This document shows positions 59,314 to 64,000 of a stretch of 64,000 bases of DNA, in pieces. How positions within the stretch are numbered: position 1 is the first letter of the stretch; the number at the start of each line of letters is the position of its first letter. The notes under the pieces are model-generated. The model saw only the letters and a program-made list of their open reading frames with translations. It did not search any database and was not told where the DNA came from. The translations under genes were made by a program, and so were the position numbers. Origin of the DNA: an uncultured delta proteobacterium (lineage in GTDB: Bacteria > Desulfobacterota > Desulfobacteria > Desulfobacterales > UBA2156); NCBI GenBank assembly GCA_963736855.1, contig CAVTQK010000009.1, positions 1-64,000 of the forward strand, written 5' to 3'.

Positions 59314-60348
59314 TCAATGCTCTTTCTCCGGACGCGCCTTTCTATGGTGCCAGGCAATGGCCGCCAGGGCGACAAGGACCCATGCACCCTGGATCACGCC
59401 GGCAAGTGAGGAATCGATCCTGAGCATCATGGGAAGCTGTATGCTTCCCACATTCAGGCATGTGAAAAAGAAGGCTACCACCGGCACCACGAAAACATTG
59501 TAATTGGAAAGCATGACCACCAGCAACGCCAGGTAGCCGTAGTTGCTGGAGATGGAGGGGATCAGCCGATGATACACTCCCGAAACCTGCACGCATCCTG
59601 CGATTCCGGCAAAACCTCCTGCCAGGAGCATTGCCAGGAGCATGTACCGGTTGGGTCTTTCCCCAAAAAGCAAAGTGGCTATCGGATTGCTCCCTGCAGC
59701 TTTCAGCACCAGCCCGAACCGGCTATGACGAAACATCCAGGCGGTCAGCAGCAGAGCGATCACGGCAAGGATCAAACCCGCCGGAGAAAGGCGCAACCCC
59801 GGTAAAAAGGAAAGCCAAAGATCCGTCGGAAAAACCTCCGTACCGCTCATGGAGGCCACCCCCGGGCGTTTCCAGGGACCGAAGATCAGGTATAAAAGGA
59901 TCCCTTGTGCGACGAAATTCAGCCCCAGTCCGGCAAAAATCTCGTGAACCTCTCCCTTGGTCTTCAGGATCCCCGCGCCTATAGCCCAAAACCCTCCCCC
60001 TAAGGCGGCTGCCGGAAAGGCCAAGGCCAAATAAAGGAGGGGAACCCGGCTTTCCACTCCCCAACGAAGAACCGCCGTGGCAAAAACAGCCCCCATGATC
60101 ATCTGCCCTTCGACGCCGATGTTCCAGAGACCGATGCGGAAGGTATACAAGAGGCCGACGGCGCAAAGGGTCAAGGGGATCCAGGCAGTGAGTACGGCGC
60201 CCATCTTGTTCAAGGACCCCAGCGACCCTTTGAGCAAATGGCAATAGGCATCCAACGGCGGCGCGCCGGCCAACACCAGGATTGCCGTAGTAAAACCGAA
60301 AACACCGGCCAGGGATAACCCGAAAGCCTTCCAGTGCCTCTGGATCAT
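59314..60348 (-). CDS. ABC transporter permease (nucleoside/CUT2-type)
   Basis: WNIGVEGQ, multi-TM, operon context. Confidence 0.9.
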   Translation of the reverse strand: MIQRHWKAFGLSLAGVFGFTTAILVLAGAPPLDAYCHLLKGSLGSLNKMGAVLTAWIPLTLCAVGLLYTFRIGLWNIGVEGQMIMGAVFATAVLRWGVESRVPLLYLALAFPAAALGGGFWAIGAGILKTKGEVHEIFAGLGLNFVAQGILLYLIFGPWKRPGVASMSGTEVFPTDLWLSFLPGLRLSPAGLILAVIALLLTAWMFRHSRFGLVLKAAGSNPIATLLFGERPNRYMLLAMLLAGGFAGIAGCVQVSGVYHRLIPSISSNYGYLALLVVMLSNYNVFVVPVVAFFFTCLNVGSIQLPMMLRIDSSLAGVIQGAWVLVALAAIAWHHRKARPEKEH

Positions 60349-60373
60349 GCTTTTGCTTTCGCTTGCCTGATCA

Positions 60374-61831
60374 TCAGACCTTCCCGGCGATGGCCCGGCC
60401 CAGATCATGGATATTCGTCTGAGCCGTCTTTATGTCCCGGATCACGCCGCCGTTGAAAAAGACCAGGACCCGATCAGCCACTATGAGGATTTCTTCCAGT
60501 TCCGAAGAGGAAAAGACGATGGCAGTCTTTTTTTCGCGGTAATGATAGAGATGTTCCCAGACCCAGAAAGTGGATTCAAGATCCAATCCCCTTGTCGGTT
60601 TTTCAAGAAGCAGAAGGTTGGGTGTATCCGGTAAAAAAGATAATAAAAGGCGCTGCTGATTTCCACCGGAAAGGGACTCAACCGGCATCCCCGGTTTTCC
60701 CTTGATCCGAAACTGCTTGATGCGCGCTTGTGCTTGTTGTTCAGCATCGTTCCAGCGCACCCGGAATCCATGGGAAGCCTTGAGAGCGAAATGCTCGGAG
60801 ATGGTAAGTCCCGTTATCAATCCCTCTTCCAGTCGGGACGTAGGCAAAAAGGTGACCCCTTTCTTTTGATAAGCGATGCAGTCTTTCCCGGCCATCGGCT
60901 CGCCCTGCAGATGGATCTTGCCGGATGTCGGAGTTTTCAGCCCGGCGGCCAGCCGCAGGAAAACGCCCTGACCGCTTCCTTCCAACCCTGCCAGGGCGAC
61001 AACCTCTTTCTCACGGATCACCACGCTGCACCCTCTCAAACCTGCCCGATCCCCAGTGGCCGAAACATTTTCCATGCTCAAAAGGGGCCCGCCCGCTGTG
61101 GTCTGAGAAAGCCTCAAGGGGGACGGCACCGACCCAAACATCATCTTCAGCAAGGTCTCCGTATCAAAAGGCCGCTCCATTTCACCGGTGACCCTGCCCT
61201 TGCGCAAAACCGAAACCCGGTCACAGAGTCTTTCGATGTCCTCGAGCTTGTGAGAGACCAGGATGAGCGTCTTTCCTTCTTTGGCCAGAGCCTTGAGCGC
61301 CTGAAAGAGGGTTTCCTTCTGAAAGCTCGATATCCCCGTCGTCGGCTCATCAAGGATCAGGACGTTGGCGCCCAGTGACAGGAGCCTGATGATTTCGAGT
61401 TGTTGACGTTCTCCGGTCGTAAGCTTTTGGACAGGGATTTCCGGGGGAAGGGTGAATCCTAAATGGAGGCAACGGGTTTCGAACCGTTTTTGGGTCGCCA
61501 TCCGGTTCAGCCGAAACCCCCGGGTTTGACCGATCATGAAATTTTCTAAAACACTGAGGACGGGAAAGTCGACCGGCTCCTGATACAGCATCCCGATTCC
61601 AAGCCTGGAGGCTTCCGCCGGGGTTTGGTATTCGGTGTCGGATCCATCGATTCGGATGAGACCGCGGGTTTTCGGGGTAAAACCGGCCAGAACCTTCATC
61701 AGGGTGCTCTTTCCGGCGCCGTTTTCCCCTAAAATCCCATGGATGCTTCCCGGAGCAAAACAGATGGTAATACCCTGATTGGCTTTCAGCGGGCCGTATT
61801 CTTTATGAATATCGATCAGTTCGACAGCCAT
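60374..61831 (-). CDS. ABC transporter ATP-binding protein (tandem domains)
   Basis: GENGAGKST, ILDEPT, LSGGNQQ, PTRGLD. Confidence 0.93.
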   Translation of the reverse strand: MAVELIDIHKEYGPLKANQGITICFAPGSIHGILGENGAGKSTLMKVLAGFTPKTRGLIRIDGSDTEYQTPAEASRLGIGMLYQEPVDFPVLSVLENFMIGQTRGFRLNRMATQKRFETRCLHLGFTLPPEIPVQKLTTGERQQLEIIRLLSLGANVLILDEPTTGISSFQKETLFQALKALAKEGKTLILVSHKLEDIERLCDRVSVLRKGRVTGEMERPFDTETLLKMMFGSVPSPLRLSQTTAGGPLLSMENVSATGDRAGLRGCSVVIREKEVVALAGLEGSGQGVFLRLAAGLKTPTSGKIHLQGEPMAGKDCIAYQKKGVTFLPTSRLEEGLITGLTISEHFALKASHGFRVRWNDAEQQAQARIKQFRIKGKPGMPVESLSGGNQQRLLLSFLPDTPNLLLLEKPTRGLDLESTFWVWEHLYHYREKKTAIVFSSSELEEILIVADRVLVFFNGGVIRDIKTAQTNIHDLGRAIAGKV

Positions 61832-61962
61832 CCGCGCTCCCGGATCGGATGCCATTTCAATGCATCTTTTGAATACAAGACAATAAGATGCGAAACGCAG
61901 AAGGGAGCGTTTTTCCTTCTGCGCTAAGCATAGATCCCTTTAAAAAGGCCGGGTTGGAGCAG

Positions 61963-63156
61963 CTACTTTGAGCCGCCCTGGCCGATCATTCCCTTCAGGA
62001 GCTGTTTCATGTACCAGATCTGGGAGTCTGTGGCGACTTCGTCTGTTTTGAGGAATACACTGCCGTCCTGGTAAGAAAGGGGTCCTTTGAAGAGGTTCAC
62101 TTTTTTGCCCCCTAAATCCTTGATGAACCCGTCCAGGGCTGTTTTGGCCTCCCCGGAAAGGGCCGGCCCGGTCGAAAAACCAACGGAACTGGTGTCCGGA
62201 TCATTGATGTTTTTCCAGTCCGGACCCAGCCACACCCATTTGGATTTCCAGGCGCCGGCCTTGGAAGCCTTGATGAATTCGAGATATCCGGGACCCCAGT
62301 TGAAATAAGGAACCCCCAGGCAAACTTCGGATGCGCCTTCACAGGCGCCGATGTAATCATAAGGGATAGCCCAGACCGACTTTCCCTCCTGCTTTTTCTG
62401 CTTGGCAACGATGACAGCTTCCGTGGTGTCGATGCCGGAGATGATCACATCATGCCCGGTGTTAAAGAAGTTCTGGCAGACCTGGGTGGGATCGGCCGTC
62501 ACTCCGGGGATGTTAAACCAGAAGCCGATCCAGGTCACCTGAAAGGAAAGTTCCTTGGGATCCCGCTTGAGGACGTTTTCCCAGGCATATTTGGCACCCA
62601 GAAAGCAGGCGGCGGCCAGGCGGCGAGTCTCTTCATTGATCAGAGGTCCCAGGTAACCGATCTTACCGGTTTTCGTGGTCATGGCCGCCGCAAAACCGGC
62701 CATCATCTTGCCGTATTCCATTTTTCCCATGAGGTTTGAAAGGTTTTTAGTGGCCTTTTTAGTCAGCACATCATCGCCGGAGATGTGAAGAAAATGGATA
62801 TCCGGGTGCAGCTTGGCCGCCTCCCGGGTACCGTCCTTCATGTCATCGGAATTGGCGATGATCAGACGCGCCCCTTTTTCCGCCAAATCGTCCACGAGTT
62901 GCGGGATCGTCACGCCCTGCCGGTCCGCCGGGTTGACCTTGTCGATATAGATCATTTTAGTGCCGGGCAGCTTTTTCTCTATATATTGACCGGCATCGTA
63001 ATGCGCCTGGCTCCAGCCGTGGTCGTTATAGGGACCCACCAGGAGCAATCCGAAGATAAACGGCTTATCAACAGCCCCAGCGGTTTTTGCTTTAACCATA
63101 AAGCAAGCCGCCGCCAGACAGACCATCAAAACTACCGCTACATTCTTTTTCCACAT
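61963..63156 (-). CDS. BMP-family ABC substrate-binding protein
   Basis: Signal peptide, VGPYNDHGWSQAH, KTGKIGYLG; GGAGG RBS. Confidence 0.9.
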   Translation of the reverse strand: MWKKNVAVVLMVCLAAACFMVKAKTAGAVDKPFIFGLLLVGPYNDHGWSQAHYDAGQYIEKKLPGTKMIYIDKVNPADRQGVTIPQLVDDLAEKGARLIIANSDDMKDGTREAAKLHPDIHFLHISGDDVLTKKATKNLSNLMGKMEYGKMMAGFAAAMTTKTGKIGYLGPLINEETRRLAAACFLGAKYAWENVLKRDPKELSFQVTWIGFWFNIPGVTADPTQVCQNFFNTGHDVIISGIDTTEAVIVAKQKKQEGKSVWAIPYDYIGACEGASEVCLGVPYFNWGPGYLEFIKASKAGAWKSKWVWLGPDWKNINDPDTSSVGFSTGPALSGEAKTALDGFIKDLGGKKVNLFKGPLSYQDGSVFLKTDEVATDSQIWYMKQLLKGMIGQGGSK

Positions 63157-63622
63157 GATATTCCCTCCTTTGGATTGAAAAGCTAAGAAGCCCGACCGCC
63201 CGTGCGATACGATCTTCATCCTTCTTACGGCAACTCCCCAAAGCATTCCGCAACAGGGGATAAACTGAAACCCTATTTTTTGTATCACAAAGCACTTTTC
63301 CTTTCTACTTGAAATTGAAAATAGGGGGTAAGCAGATGCAAATCGGTCGGAAAAAATGGATGCCTTTTCAGCCCCGCTACTGGAAGCGCTGCGTAGAAAA
63401 TCTCTGAAACAGCCCGGGACATCCCGCGTAAAACCTTCAAACAGGTTGACGGGACATCCGAGACCATGGTAATCGGCAATTACAGGTTCATGGAGGATGA
63501 TAAATTCGGGCCACAAGCCGAAAATGCATGGATCTTTAAAACAAAATCGACTCCCTGATCGACAAAAAACGCTTTAAAAATCAATGGTGTTTAAAGGTGA
63601 GCCTTTTTTAAGGATACTTGTT

Positions 63623-64000
63623 ATGCGAAAGTGGAAATGTACGGTTTGTGGTTATGTGCATACCGGGGATGAACCCCCGGAAAAATGCCCGGTCTGCGGT
63701 GCAGATAGAAGCCAATTTATCGAGGTGACCGAGGAAAAACCGATTCCTCCACCAAAAGCCGCTGAAAAAGAGCCGATACCTCAAGCCGTCCCTAAATCTT
63801 CTTTGGAACCCTTTGATATCCTCTCCCGATGGATATACAAGTTCCACATCCATCCCATGTCGGTGCATATCCCCAACGGCCTTTTACCCGTTTCGGTCTT
63901 TTTCGCTTTCCTTGCTGTTCTTTTCGCCTTTACTCCCTTGGCTACGGCGTCTTATTTCAATATGATTTTTGTCTTGTGCGCCATGCCCGCGGTTCTGTAT
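63623..64000 (+). CDS. Rubredoxin-like domain fused to a DUF2231-like membrane domain (runs off window)
   Basis: [13 protein letters not shown]...[10 protein letters not shown], then [15 protein letters not shown] and TM helices. Confidence 0.8.
   Translation, partial: MRKWKCTVCGYVHTGDEPPEKCPVCGADRSQFIEVTEEKPIPPPKAAEKEPIPQAVPKSSLEPFDILSRWIYKFHIHPMSVHIPNGLLPVSVFFAFLAVLFAFTPLATASYFNMIFVLCAMPAVLY

Noticed and set aside
63160..63620. N-terminal extension of the BMP ORF, or a hidden gene
   Set aside because: The RBS and signal peptide place the BMP start at 63156; the remaining open stretch has no recognisable motif
1..64000. CRISPR array, rRNA or prophage
   Set aside because: No regularly spaced repeats, rRNA-like sequence or phage structural genes seen

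Overview
Chromosomal window, probably from a deltaproteobacterium (Desulfobacterota-like; inferred from gene content, not a database match). Housekeeping blocks include mutL, gatCA, argS, tRNA-Val(GAC), gcvH-PA-PB-lipB, era, engB, hisGI, PBP1A, rfbA, aspS-hisS, an M16C peptidase and a BMP-type ABC transporter. There are also two TRAP-linked catabolic loci. The accessory DNA is dominated by integron cassette material, and no integrase is present in the window. (1) An attC array at about 0.6-1.9 kb (DUF1737-like, hicBA, orphan ORF); its first attC is hit by a group IIC-attC intron fragment that carries tiny palindromic inserts. (2) A lone attC with a second intron stub at about 7.5 kb. (3) A defence/toxin-antitoxin-rich array at 29.9-33.8 kb beside tRNA-Val (AbiV-like, PD-(D/E)XK nuclease-like, RHH-MazF, HigBA-like, DUF5661-like). 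The most unusual signal lies in array (3): two cassette junctions are 36-40 bp palindromic sites with a shared CGCTGACTTCGTCC core and an ATT rather than GTT right box, well below canonical attC size, yet they obey cassette end-complementarity. Also present are a MITE family with 6-bp target duplications, an aminotransferase remnant, and several single-base frameshifts confined to accessory genes, which may be assembly errors.
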